From NCBI RefSeq assembly GCF_006345805.1, contig NC_042999.1, forward strand, positions 134,478,001-134,542,000: a stretch of 64,000 nt of DNA. Reading direction: 5' to 3'. The notes below the pieces were generated by a model. It saw only the letters and a program-made list of their open reading frames with translations. It was not told the DNA's origin and ran no database searches. The position numbers and the translations under genes were made by a program. Numbering within the stretch: position 1 is the first letter of the stretch; each line of letters starts with the position of its first letter. This document shows, in pieces, positions 37,400 through 51,082 of the stretch. This stretch comes from Octopus sinensis. Lineage: Eukaryota.

Positions 37400-39460
37400 T
37401 TACGCCAATAATAAACATACGCACTAGTTTTGTGGCAAACCCACAAAACTATAGACCGATAACTTGTCTCCCTACAATTTACAAAGCCTTTACTGCAATA
37501 ATATCGCAAAGAATGAGCAAACATCTGGAAGAAAACAACCTGTTTCCAGAAGAGCAGAACGGATGCTGCAAGGGCTGATACGGCTGTAAAGATCAGCTAC
37601 TGATCAATAAAGCCATAACTGAAGACAGCAGCAGAAAGAATAAGGGTCTAAGTAAGGCCTGGATTATTAACGAAATGCTTTTGATAGTATTCCCCACACA
37701 TAGATCCTAGAAACACTAACCATGAACAAGGTAGCACCAATAATCATAAAATATATAAAACATTCCATGAATAAATGGCAGACAGTACTACAGCTCCGGA
37801 CAAAAGAGGGACTCATAAAAACTAATGCCATCTCCATTAGAAGAGGAATATTCCAGGGAGACATGCTCTCTCCACTTCTTTTCTGCTTGGCACTGACACC
37901 TCTATCTGACATGCTAAATAGAACTGGATGTGGATACAACTGTTACGGCAAAACAATCAGCCACCTCTTATATATGGACGATCTAAAACTGTACATTACA
38001 AATGATAAACAACTGGAAACATTACTACAGATAGTACGTGGATTTACCAAAGAAATAAGCATGAAATTTGGCTTAGAAAAACGTGCCAAAGCAGCCTCGA
38101 AAAGAGGAAAACTAGTTATGAGTAGCAACATCACACTAGATAAAGCAAATGAAATAAGAGAAATAGACCAAAGCCAGACATACAAATACTTAGTAATTAA
38201 TGAACTAGATACGATACAATACACAGAAATGAAAGAAGATAAGAAAAGAATACTATAGACGAATTAGATCAATACTGAAAATAGAGCTCAATGCGAAAAA
38301 CAAGACGATAGGTATCAACATTCTAGCCGTCCTAGTTATAAGTTACAGCTACAATATTCTTAACTGGACTCTAAATGAACAAATCAAAATAGACAGGAAA
38401 AAAATAGCGACAGGATTTAAAATCACCACTCAAAATCTGACATAGAAAGGTTATGTATATATCGTATCGAAGGTGGTAGAGACCGTATACAGCTAGAAAA
38501 CTATTACAAAATAACCACCAGAAATACCTACTTCAGAAGCAAGAAAAACTAATACATATATTCACAAAACACAAAGCACAAAAATGTTTTCAGTCTTTAA
38601 GGAAGCTGACAAATACAAAACAGAAGTCATAGTACCTAACAAAAATGAAGAAAAAGAAGAAAAAAAATAAAAGCTGAGTAACAACTGAAATCCAAACTAA
38701 AACTGAGACAGCAACAGATCATGATAAAGCGATGGCAAGAAAAGTCCCTTCGTGGCAAATACTGGGTTAAACTAAACAGAATAGAAATAGACAAAGCAAA
38801 ATCCCAACAATGGCTGAAAAGCTCAGGAATCAACGCAGAGACTGAAGGATTTTTAATTGCAGCACAAGATCAAAGCCTTCCTACCAGAAATTATCAAAAA
38901 CATGCAATGAAAAGACATACAACAAGTAACTGCAGAGTATGTGGAGATGGAGTAGAAACAATAAGTTATATTGTTTCTGGCTGCCCAGTACTGCTTAAGA
39001 AGGAATATATTTACAGACACGGAAGAGTTGGGACCTATATACACTGGAAACTATGCCAACACCATGGAATAACAACAGAAAAATATGGTATAGGCACATG
39101 CCAGAAAAGGTCACTGAACATGAGAACGCAACCATACACTAGGCTATACCAACACACACATAAATTAAAGCAATAGGCCGGATATAATTGTCAGAGGTAA
39201 CCAAGAAACGAATGTTTCTAATCGATGTATCAATACCAACAGATGACAATGTTTCTCAAAAAGAAACGGAGAAACTTCAAAATACAAAGATCTGGAAATA
39301 AAGGTAACTCGAATGTGGAGTCTAAAAACAGAAACAATTCCTATTATAGTAGGCGCATTAGGTATGATAAAAAATATTCAAACAAAAACTTAACAAAACA
39401 CCGGGACTAACAAGTATATATAACATACAGAAAATAGCACTACTAGGCATCGCACACATC
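37400..39460 (+). pseudogene. R4/Dong-clade LINE, RT + CCHC + RLE, fragmented
   Basis: NYRPITCLPTIYK, GCKDQLLINKAI, RRGIFQGDMLSPLLFC, HLLYMDDLKLY, AAQDQSLPTRNY, CRVCGDGVETI..IVSGC, RPDI, LIDVSIP. Confidence 0.92.
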
Positions 39461-39469
39461 CATCGAAAA

Positions 39470-39905
39470 TGATAATGCAAAGATCCTATGGGATTTTATG
39501 ATTCAGTTCGACCATGAGATAGAGAATATGGAACTAGACATAGTATTGAGAAAGAAACATAACGATGCTGGGATATAGCATACCCAACTGACAACAAGGT
39601 ATGCGATAAGGAAGAAAGAAAAGTCGATAGATATGACAGGTTAGCTTGGGAGTTTAAGCAGTTGTGGTCGATGAAAAAGGTGGTAGTAGTACTAATAATT
39701 GTCAGAGCCCTGGGAACAGTGAGTAAAAATCTTGAGAAGTACACGGAACGAATAGAGGCTGCAAGAAGAGTGGGGCACTTGCAGAAAACAGCACCGTTTG
39801 GAATGCTCGAATACTCTGGATGGTGCTTGAAAAATAAGGGGTGTTACCTCTGTTCACTGGTAGTGAACAGCTGGTAGCACTTCTCCAGTGTTAGAAGCTG
39901 TGCAA
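39470..39905 (+). pseudogene. Second R4/Dong-type 3' end with 3' UTR
   Basis: KILWDF.IQ.D, DIAYP.DNKV..KE..KVDRY..L, II.RALGTV; followed by (TAA/CAA)n at 39912-40032. Confidence 0.8.
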
Positions 39906-39975
39906 AGACAATAAATTATTATTATTATTATCATTATTATTAATAATAAGAATAAATAACAACAACAACAACAAC

Positions 39976-40032
<57 letters not shown>

Positions 40033-40799
40033 TCCTTCTACCATAGATAACTGTCCTGAGTGTTCAACTGGTACTTATATTTTCGATCCTGAAAGGGATA
40101 ACAGACCTCGGCGAAATTTTAACTCAGGACATTGAGTTGGAAGAAATGACGCTAAGGATTTTATCCGGAATACAGCTTGCCGCCTTTTTTTTTTTTTTCG
40201 TTGTTTGTAATTAACGAAGTACCGAACACTGTTATTTTAATTCTTCATGAAAATAAACCTTTCCAGAATAAATTTATTCGTATCAATTTCCTGCACTCAA
40301 ACAAAATTGGCATTATTTTCATATGCTATTAACCGATATAGTTTACATAAATTGGATGCTACACGATTTAATATTTTGAAAAGTTATGCCGAATTATGCA
40401 ATTATGCAACATGCAATTAGACGGATTGACTGGGTCTCTCTTTCTCTCTCGTTCTTTATATCTCTGTATGCACGTGCACCCAGCCCCATTAAACACACAT
40501 ATATATTATTTTGTCAGATAAATTCATTTGTTTTTCCCCATATATTTTAATCTTTTTCAATGCTATTTGAATTATCAAGAAGAATATTTTTATAGTAGTT
40601 TTATGGCTATTTATTTTTATTTTGGATTTTTCTGTATCTCTGTACTTCTTCAACTTTTGTTTATCATTTTTGGAACTTTAATAAATTTTATTTCTTTTCA
40701 GACGTATGACGACTGATTGCCAAGTTGAAAAAATTAAAAAAAACAATGAGAAAGAACGAACGAATTTAATTGACAACCCAAAATATAGATACATATCTA

Positions 40800-40842
40800 A
40801 ATATGTATGTATATGTATAGCTACATATACATTTATATATTC

Positions 40843-40882
<40 letters not shown>

Positions 40883-41030
40883 GTATATATATATACATAC
40901 ATATATATACATATATATATACATACATATATATACATATATATATACATACATATATATACATATATATACATATATATATATATATACATATATATAC
41001 ATATAATAATATATATCATTATATATATAC

Positions 41031-41062
<32 letters not shown>

Positions 41063-41450
41063 TATATACATACTATATAATATATACATATATATATATA
41101 TACATATATATATACATATATATATATACATATATATATATACATATATATATACATATATATATATATACATATATATATATACATATATATATATACA
41201 TACATATATATATATACATATATATAATATACATATATATATGTGCATATATATATATATACATATATATAATACATATATACATATATATTATATATAT
41301 ATACATATATACATATATATACATATATACATATATATATATACATATATATTACATATATACATATATATATATACATATAACATATAATATACATATA
41401 TACATATATATATTATATATATATATATATGTATATATCTACATACCACA
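40800..41450. repeat. Long (TA)n/(TACA)n compound microsatellite
   Basis: Direct inspection. Confidence 0.95.
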
Positions 41451-42381
41451 TATATTTATACATTATATATTAAATACCAACACACTGACATATATGTATG
41501 TCTATGAACGTGTATGTTATCTAAATAAATATATACCAGACGTTTACTTGATAAATATACATACATGCATACATACATACATACATACATACATACATAC
41601 ATACATACATACATACATACATACATACATTCATACATACGTATGTATGCATTATGTATATGGATATATTTTTGTATTCATACGTAAACCGAGGAAATAA
41701 AAAGAAACACGGAAAAAGAGCGCGTACGTGAGTGTGAATGTGTGTGGGTGTATGTGTGCGTGTGCCCCCGCGTGTGGTGCGTGTGTATGTTCTTTTTTCT
41801 CAGTTGGCGCACAAGCACTCAATTCGTTATTGACCTAAACCAAGTAATTGAACATCTTACGCTGTTTTGGAAACCACCAAAGAATGCTTCCTGTTCACTC
41901 TCACCACCACCACCACCACCACCACCACCACCAGCAACAACAATAACTACAACAAAAATAACTACATCAACCACTGCTACTACAACATATGCGGCCACAC
42001 CGTTATCTATCAAATAGCCACTGCACGACATTTCCCAGTCTCGATAAGGAAAATAATAGCAATCAGCAACATCAACAACAACAACAGCACTAACAGTGAT
42101 GACAACAATAGAAAATGATACCCCTACCCCAATAATATAAAAAAATTTTTTTAAACTTTCCAAACTATGTCTCCTTAAAAATTCCGTTTCAATATTCTTT
42201 ATTATCATTGTTACTGTTATCAATCATCTCGTGCCTGATGTGTACGCTTCTATTAAGACTACGAAGTCTTGTGAAGAAGAACAGCCACCTGACCATTTAC
42301 AATAGATTTCCCTCTAATTTCTGCATACCACCAGAAACTACTTTATTCGTTCCCATCATGAAACGCCGGCATAGATCTGCT

Positions 42382-42425
42382 AATGACGTCATTGAGTCTT
42401 GCATGTGTCAACATGGCGCCATTTT
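42382..42425. promoter_or_regulatory. Candidate CRE/ATF palindrome plus back-to-back YY1-like motifs
   Basis: AATGACGTCATT (42382-42393) and AACATGGCGCCATTTT (42410-42425) in non-repetitive sequence; motif match only. Confidence 0.3.
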
Positions 42426-42861
42426 TAACCTTTTCTCTTCGACGATATTTTGCTACTTTTTCGGTAGTGGGGGATTCTTTTCTTCCTTTGCAAATTTTTT
42501 CATTTTATTTTTTTTTATTTTCATTCTTTCATATCTTTTTCATCTTATGTATTCTAAGCTTTGATTTGTGTTTAAACTTTTTTTTATACTTTATTCATTT
42601 ATTTTATTTATTTACTTTATTTATTTATTGTCATTTCTTTCGTTTCCAGATTCATTTGAGCTATTTAATATACACGCATGCAAGTAGCATGTATATATAT
42701 ATATATACATATATGTGTGTGTGTGTGTATGTGTGTGTGTGTGTATGTGTGCGTGTGTGTGTGTGTTCACACATTCTTGCAATCAGCGCAAGCAACCACT
42801 TGCACGCATACATCCATACATACATACACACACATGCATATATACATATATATATATACAC

Positions 42862-42943
<82 letters not shown>

Positions 42944-44315
42944 TATATGCATGCATATTTGTATATACAGTTCTGTATATGTGTGTGCGTATGTAATTGC
43001 TTAATTGAATATACTTCAAGAGGCTACGCATTCGACCGGAAATACTAATGCATCATCATCATCAACATTATCATCTTCACCTTTATACATACATTAAAAA
43101 AACACCCACACAATCATATACATCTACATGCTTAAATACATATACATGCAGCTGAACACACGATACAATTCACATGTATTACTGCCTTTATTTCATGTTG
43201 TGCATTATTGTATAACGTCCAGTCTATGCTCTTCTTTTCCTGTTTTTTTTTTTGTTTTTTTTTTACCTCCAAACCGCCTTGATGAAATGTTCAAACTTTG
43301 CAATGAACTTTGCGTGCGTCTTGCCAAGAGCAGAACAAAAGAACCGAATTACAATGATATCAAAATCAAGAGAGAGAGAGAGAGAGGGAACAGCTACAGA
43401 AGATAAAACTAGCTAATTCCTGACGCTTCCAACGGATTTTATAGATCAATACTGGAAACCTTAGTCTCGTTCGTTTTCCACCAAATCGCCAAAACAAGTG
43501 GTTTGTTTGACTATTAAGCCGTATTGTGGTTTATATTTTATCGAATTTGTATATTTTAAATTCATTTTATACATACAAATATACATACATACATACATAT
43601 ATATATATATATATTATATATATATATATGATTTGATTTTTTTGATTTTGATTTTTCCAGTTTCAGCTTATGAGCTGTGGCCATGCTGGGGTACCGCCAT
43701 ACATACATGCATACATACATATGTATATGTATTAATATGTGTGTACATGCGTATGTATGTGTGTGTATGTATATGTATGTATATTCATTGATTCTTTGAA
43801 ATACCTGTGTTATTTGTAGCAATTGAACGGATCCCCTTCCCTTTCCTCACCCAACTTTCTTCCAGCGACTATCATTCTATATATTTATTTCTTTAACTCT
43901 CATTTAGACACTCTCTATTTCGTTTTCCCCATCTCTGTAGCTTTAGTTTCTGTTTAACCTATTAGCATGTCTTTCTAGTTTCTAACTCTTTATTTAACCT
44001 TCTCTCGTTTTAAATCTCCTGTAAAGTTTTCAATGGAAAGAAAGCATGCGTAAATATTCGCAAAATCAAGAATGTATATATTTATCAGCGCATGTTATAC
44101 TAAATGGTTCCGGGTTCTGTCCCACTAGAATGTCTTCAACTATAGCCTCATGCCGACCAAACCCTTGTGAGTGGATTTGGTAGATGGAAAGTGAAAGAAG
44201 CCCGCCGTATATATGTGTGGGGGTGGGAGCTGAGCACGTGTTTGTGTATGCGTGCAACAAATTTTATTACAGAACACTAACAGACAGACAAATAGATAGA
44301 CAGACAGATAGATAA

Positions 44316-44506
44316 GTTTCTTTATTGGCCACACAGGGCTGCACACAGATGGGACAAGTTACAAGGTAGAGCTTTTCTTTTGGGGGATGAAGAGAACAAA
44401 AAACAAAAGAAAAAAAAAGGGGTGGCGTAGGTTTTCGATCAAGAGGGATCGTAAAAGGGAAGAAAAGAACAAAAACAAAAACAAAAACAAAAAAAAATTA
44501 AAAAAA
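44316..44506 (-). mobile_element. Extremely 5'-truncated Tx1-type LINE 3' end inside a (GATA)n tract
   Basis: Reverse complement matches about 50925-51082 (CGATCCCTCTTGATCGAAAAC..TGTGCAGCCCTGTGTG.CCAATAAAGAAAC). Confidence 0.85.
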
Positions 44507-44555
44507 GATGGATAGATAGATAGATAGAGAAGACAGACAGACAGACAGACAGACA

Positions 44556-44652
<97 letters not shown>

Positions 44653-45791
44653 CATGGCTGACTTGTAATTTTGGGATGCCGATCGCAAATTTGGAGGAAA
44701 TAATAGGAAATTCTACAATCGAGAAATGTAGAATAAGTATAAACGATATTTTTGAGATGAAAGTCTTCTTTAAGTATTCCTTTAAAGGATATCCTTTAGA
44801 TATGTGGTTACATCAGTTGATCCAAGAATTTATCTTGTGTAATTGACTCCAACTGTATCTATCCAATTGATGTAAAGCTGTTTGATCACATCGCGTAATT
44901 CCTAATTCAAATGCTACGTTTAGTAATGGCATTAGTGTGAGCATCAATTAATGTGTCCATAGATTTCATATTGTCTCTAACAATACTTGCATTTTCATAT
45001 ATATTCATCGTTTGATATCAAGCATAATTCACAGACAGAGGCTTGTTTCCTTCTCGCTCTCTTTCTTCTATTTATTCTTTCGTTTCTTTTTCTTTTTTTG
45101 TATCCATATCTGAGTGATCGTTTGCTAGATAGTTACATAGATGCACAGATATGAATATAAATAGACAGACTGTCTGAGCGAGAGACAGACAGACAGGCTG
45201 AGAGAGAGAGAGAGAGAGAGACAAACATACAGAGAGACAAACAGAGATGGAGAGAAAGAGAGAGATTTCGCTGCTATTTCTAGCAAAAAGAGTTTGAAAC
45301 ATCTAAAATGCAACATTGTAAAATACCATCGAACTTCACATTGAAGAATGTAATGGGAGTAATGATTCCTCTTTCTCTTCCTGCTCTGTCCATCTCTCCC
45401 TCTTCTCACTCACACATATCGATAGACCCTAACTACCTCTCTTTCTCCCCATCTTTTTTTATATGACAGTATTTGGTTTTTCTCGCGTCCTCTCTTTTTC
45501 ACTCCTTTTCGTTTCCGTTTGTGAATCTCATTCCTTGCGATCCATATGCACGACAATCTTATATTAGAAAACGACGGACAATCTTAGAAAATGACGGGCG
45601 TAGATTTCCGAATTATGCAGCCGTCGTTTCTAAAAAGTATTTTATTAACAAATAATGCTAGCAATTCTAATAACAACCGAGGAAAGAAAAAACGTGCTTA
45701 ATTAAATTATCGACCGAAAGTATTTTTTCCCCAGAGACTTCTCCAATGCTGCGAATAGGTGGAAATGACAGCCGACTTCTGCATGCGTATA

Positions 45792-46278
45792 ATCGACCCC
45801 GAAAGGATGAAAGGCAAAGTTGACCTCGGCGGAATTTGAACTCAAAACGTAGCGGCAGACGAAATAGTTATTTCTTTACTACCCACAAGGGGCTAAACAC
45901 AGAGAGGACAAACAAAGACAGAAAAACAGATTAAGTCGATTATATCGATCCCAGTGCGTAACTGGTACTTAATTTATCGACCCCGAAAGGAGGAAAGGCA
46001 AAGTCGACCTCGGCGGAATTTGAACTCAGAACGTAGCGGCAGACGAAATACTCATTTCTTTACTACCCACAAGGGGCTAAAGACAGAGTGGACGAACAAG
46101 GACAGGCAAACGGATTAAGTCGATTACATCGACCCCAGTGCGTAACTGGTACTTAATTTATCGACCCCAAAAGGATGAAAGGTAAAGTCGACCTCGGCGG
46201 AATTTGAACTCAGAACGTAACGGCAGACGAAATACCGCTAAGCATTTCGCCCGGCGTGCTAACGTTTCTGCCAGCTCG
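45792..46278 (-). mobile_element. SINE family B head-to-tail trimer (184-bp period)
   Basis: Junctions at about 45868 and 46052, at the same head position as the junction at 34853. Confidence 0.9.
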
Positions 46279-46556
46279 GAACACATTCTGCCTTAAACAC
46301 AAGAGTAATGACCTATATATTTAGACAGGCCTTCTAGAACGTTGCATGCAGTTAAGATGATGCTTATAGCGATGGAAAAATATATGCCGTTTTGTCAATG
46401 TTAAATATAGGAAATTTGAAAGAGAAGTTACAGGAGAATGAAACTATTATACATGACCTTGCACGTGAAAATATCAGGTTCTCTTGAATATCTTCAGCTG
46501 TATGATATATAGGACTGCCATTTATGCGATCCCAATTAATATTGTTGGCTGTAGGA

Positions 46557-46788
46557 AGGCAGCGAGCTGGCAGAAACGTTAGCACGCCGGGCGAAATGCG
46601 TAGCCGTATTTCGTCTGCCGTTACTTTCTGAGTTCAAATTCCGCCGAGGTCGACTTTGCCTTTCATCCTTTCGGGGTCGATAAATAAAGTACCAGTTTCC
46701 AACTGGGGTCGATGTAATTAACTTAATCCCTTTGTCTGTCCTTGTTTGTCCCCTCTATGTTTAACTCCTTGTGGGCAGTAAAGAAATA
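46557..46788 (+). mobile_element. SINE family B, full length, Tx1-like tail
   Basis: GGCAGCGAGCTGGCAGAAACG head, B box, tail ending AAAGAAATA. Confidence 0.92.
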
Positions 46789-46929
46789 CATTACCTTCTA
46801 AGTTCAAATTGCGTTTGCTTTTGATTCTTTCGAAGCTGGTAAAATAAGTAGCAGTTGAACACTGGGATCAATGTAATCGACTTACCCCTTACCCCAAACT
46901 GCTGGCCTTGTGCCAAAATTTGAAATCAA

Positions 46930-47495
46930 TATTCTTGGCTACCGGGCTAAGAATGAACATGGGAAGAATAACGAAATAATGTTCTGCAAACCGATAGATG
47001 AAGATTCCGGTGTGAAAGTTTAAGAAACATCCCTTCAGATAGTAAATGATTATACCTACGTTGGCCAGCTTGTAACAGCACACTGAAGTAAATAATAAAT
47101 AACGGAAAGTCGAGTTGCCTAGAACAAGCAGGGATTCGAAAGGGAAAGTGTAGTGTGACGGATGAAGAGGACAACAGAAAGGAGAAGGAAATACAACAGG
47201 TCTTACCTCGGAGAAGATCAGATCTCTCTTACTAAATTCAGTGCGTCCAGTCGCTTCGTCGTCTCAGCTCGAACTGCCGGCCTCTTTGATCCCACACGTG
47301 CGTGCTGCTTGACCGCTTCCGCTTCCTGCCGCACATGTGCCCTGCAAGCCCTACTTCCGCCCTCCCTTATCTGTCGTCCTCTCCACCGACACCACAGAAA
47401 GTTCCATTCTTGAAAGCAAAATACCCATACACCTTAAAAGGCCTGTTCACAAACGATACATCATACCAACACTTTCCTATGGTGTGACACAATAG
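46930..47495 (+). pseudogene. RTE-like LINE remnant interrupted by a ~300-bp insertion
   Basis: LRMNMGR and YTYVGQLV (to about 47090), resuming as SKIPI.LKR...IIPTLSYG (about 47400-47490). Confidence 0.55.
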
Positions 47496-47733
47496 ACTCA
47501 GACAAAAGACTTAACAAGCAAGTCAATAACACCTCAGTATGTATATGCCACAAACGTGTTATATTTAGAATAATGTAGAAATACCATAAAGCAATGAAAT
47601 GAATTTACAGAAAGAAACATAATTGAACAGCCTTCTCAAGTTCACAAAATTGTTTAACCCTTTTGATATCAACCCGCTTGCTTGGTTCTATGATACAAAC
47701 TTTCTGTTTTAAGATGGTCTAATTGAAAACTGT

Positions 47734-48118
47734 GGAGGCGCAATGGCCCAGTGGTTAGGGCAGCGGACTCGCGGTCATAGGATCGCGGTTTCGATTCCCA
47801 GACCGGGCGTTGTGAGTGTTTATTGAGCGAAAACACCTAAAGCTCCACGAGGCTCCGGCAGGGGATGGTGGTGATCCCTGCTGTACTCTTTCACCACAAC
47901 TTTCTCTCACTCTTACTTCCTGTTTCTGTTGTACCTGTATTTCAAAGGGCCGGCCTTGTCACTCTGTGTCACACTGAATATCCCCGAGAACTACGTTAAG
48001 GGTACACGTGTCTGTGGAGTGCTCAGCCACTTACACGTTAATTTCACGAGCAGGCTGTTCCGTTGATTCGGATCAACCGGAACCCTCATCGTTATAACCG
48101 ACGGAGTGCTTCCCCAAA
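47734..48118 (+). mobile_element. tRNA(Arg-like)-derived SINE family C, young copy with TSD
   Basis: A box TGGCCCAGTGG, B box GGTTTCGATTCC; TSD AATTGAAAACT at 47721-47731 and 48119-48129. Confidence 0.92.
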
Positions 48119-48670
48119 AATTGAAAACTATCAAAACTACGTCAATTTATCTTCAAGTAACCAGCTTAATATAGACAAAGTTATTTTACCCAATTATCTA
48201 TAATTTTCAAAATTAATTGAAACAAAGGCAATATTTTTCAAGAGAAATATCGAAACGAAAGGGTTAAAAAGTTGCCTGAACTGCTACTATTCGCAGTCAG
48301 ATGTTCATTGTGTGAACATCTTTCTAATTTCTAATAAAAGTACCGGTGGTTAATGTAATTTGGATTACACTATGTCATAGCTAGAACCTCTTTAAAGCGT
48401 AGGTCTGCTCGATTAGAGTTACCCGGGACAAAATAACAGCAACAATACAAATTCTGACCTGTTCCTTATATATTGTGTTCCAGATGATTCAGCCGACCGT
48501 ACTGTTACGATTCAACAATTATTTTCTTTCCTTACACAGGGCATGAACCCTAAAATATTCACCAATCCTACTAAAATCCATTTTAATCCTTTAATTCTAC
48601 TACTCAAACAAATAAATTTGCCCTCATAGTTTTGTTTTCAGTATGTATTGTTTTTTTGTCTCCTACCTTC

Positions 48671-48975
48671 ACTACTACTACAGCTACTACTACTACTACT
48701 ACTACTACTTCCCCTTCTTCTTCTTCTTCTTCTTCTACTTCTTCATCCTTTTCTTCTACTTCTTCTTCTTCCTCCTCCTCTTCTACTTCTTCTTCTTCCT
48801 CCTCTTCTTCTTCTTCTTCTACTTCATCCTTTTCTTCCTCTTCTTCTTCTTCCTCTTCTTCCTCTTCTCCTTCCTCTTCCTCTTCTTCTTCTTCCTCTTC
48901 TTCTTCTCCTTCCTCTTCCTCTTCCTCTTCTTCTCCTTCTTCTTCTTCTTCCCCTTCTTCTTCTCTCTTTCTCTC
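48671..48975. repeat. (CTA)n/(CTT/CTC)n trinucleotide tract
   Basis: Direct inspection; explains the poly-E/S/L/F ORFs. Confidence 0.95.
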
Positions 48976-49086
48976 CCTCTCTCCGCCTCCGCCTCCCTCC
49001 CCTTTTTCATTACTTATCTCTGCCTGTCGATATATGTATGCATCTACAGCTATGTCCATCCATCCATCCATCTATCTATCTATCTA

Positions 49087-51082
49087 TTTCAACACTTCAA
49101 CGCCAAACACGAAGGATGTGCTGTCAGAGCTAGGATGCGTGCTCTAAGGAACGAAGGTGTTGGAGCCGCGAGAGAGGCCCGGGTGGCAGAGGCGCAACAG
49201 GGCAACAAAGCCACCATTCGGTCCCTGAACAGGGTCGCGAATTGCTCGAGCCAAGTAAAATGTGTGAGGCCTTTCAGCAGCATTTTGCCCGACTGTTCGG
49301 GACGAGGGGAGGGCAAGAACGTAGGGTGGACTTCAGTGCCTACCTACATAGCCTACCACGACTCTCAACAAGAAAGGCAGGGTGCTGCGAAGGTGCCATC
49401 ACGGCGGCGGAAGTGCAGGACGCGATGGCAGAATGCGATGGCAAACATGCGCCGTGCCGGGCCGGACCATCCATGACAACCTCCACCTGATGCGCTACAT
49501 CATAGACAGGGTAGTTAACGAACCTGGCATGGGTGGGGCGCTGATCAATTTGGATCAATCGAAAGCTTTCGATAGGGTAGACCATCGATACTTGGAGGCG
49601 GTCCTCAGAGCGGCTGGCTTCGGTCCCGTCTTCCGCGGCTGGATAGCCGCTTTGTACAGAGGCATCCGTTCGGTAATTCGCGTGAATGGACATCTATCGA
49701 GACCCTTCGACATCGCACGTTCGGTCCGTCAGGGATGTCCCCTCTCATCGCTTCTATACGTATTGACTCTCGAGCCATTATTGCGGAAACTGGCAACTTT
49801 GAGGGGCATCCCGCGAGAACTGGGATGCGGGACGAGCGTGTCTGCATACGCGGACGACGTCACCGTCATAGTGTCTAGCCACGAGCTCATCGAGCAGGTC
49901 GGCGAGACACTGAAAAACTACGAAGCGGTGACAGAAGCGAAAATCAACCGGGAAAAGTCAGTGGGCTTGCGACTAGGCACCTGGAGAAGCAAGCCCATGC
50001 CGTCCACCAGCGCCTCCGTCGTGGGACGCTGGACCGACAGCCCGGTTGAGTTGCTCGGGGTCTGGTTTGGTCCGGACCTCCAAGTGGAGAAGAACTGGAA
50101 CGAGATAACGAGTAGGGTGGTCACTCTCGCCCGGCAATGGGCTGAGAGGAAACTGTCCCTAAAAGGTCGGGCGGAGGTGGCGAACACGTACATCGCGTCC
50201 GTCATCTACTACCGCCTGACCGTCGTACCTTGTCCCGACCCTACCATCACCAAACTACAACGCATTCTCTTTCGCTTCTTGTGGAAAGGATGCGTCCCGA
50301 TGGTCAGGCGATCCATATGCTGTCAACACCCGTTAAAAGGAGGACTGGGCATGCCGTGGTTGATGATGCGCAGACACGCGCTGAGACTGCGACATCTCAG
50401 GCTCTTCGTAGACGACGGTGAACAGGTGAAAAGGATTGGAGACAAACACTTTCTTCTCTGGTCAATCTCTCATCAACTTCTTCAAGTACCACTTGAAAAG
50501 GAAAGTGAGAGTAGAGAGGCAAGTTTTGTCTAGCGAATGTTTTAAAAAAAGATGGGTGAATGTAGCAAGGATGGCACGTATGAATGACGAAGCCTCCTTG
50601 AGCATAATCCTATGAACCCAGAAATTGAAAACAGAGGGTTACCCACTTGCAAACAAATGTGGTAACATATAACAATATTGACCAAGGTTACCGTGGTCTT
50701 TTTCGTAGGCTTTTCTTCCCACGGATAAACCTTACTTGCTTTCCCTTTAAACCATATATCATAACACTGTGATACACGATCCCTATTGATCGTTTTTTTC
50801 CCCCTCTTTCCCTTTTTTTCCCCTTTTTTCTTCTTTTTTCATTTCTCTTTTCTTTTGTTCCTTTTCCTTTTCTTTTTTTCTTTTTCTTTTTTTATTTTAT
50901 TTATTTTTTATTTATTTTTTTGTTCTTTTCTTCCCTTTTACGATCCCTCTTGATCGAAAACCCACGCTACCACCCCCCTTTTTTGTTTCTTTTGTTTTTT
51001 GCTTTTTTCATCCCCCAAAAGAAAAGTTCTACCTTGTAACTTGTCCCATCTGTGTGCAGCCCTGTGTGACCAATAAAGAAAC
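49087..51082 (+). mobile_element. 5'-truncated, internally deleted Tx1-clade LINE in a (TATC)n tract
   Basis: KHEGC.VRA, PGRTIHDN, DQSKAFDRVDH, QGCPLS, YADD, GGLGMP; polypyrimidine 3' UTR ending AATAAAGAAAC. Confidence 0.92.
49382..50533 (+). pseudogene. Residual RT ORF (383 aa) of the truncated Tx1
   Basis: Core RT motifs intact; deletions near 49430-49450 (loses the PGLDG..RPITLLN block) and near 50425. Confidence 0.85.

Noticed and set aside
34670-46278. CRISPR-like or satellite interpretation of the 184-bp repeats
   Set aside because: Units are whole SINE bodies with no unique spacers; eukaryotic context; no cas genes.
47734-47810. Functional tRNA-Arg gene
   Set aside because: The acceptor stem does not close and the sequence continues into a SINE body with a TSD; it is a tRNA-derived head.
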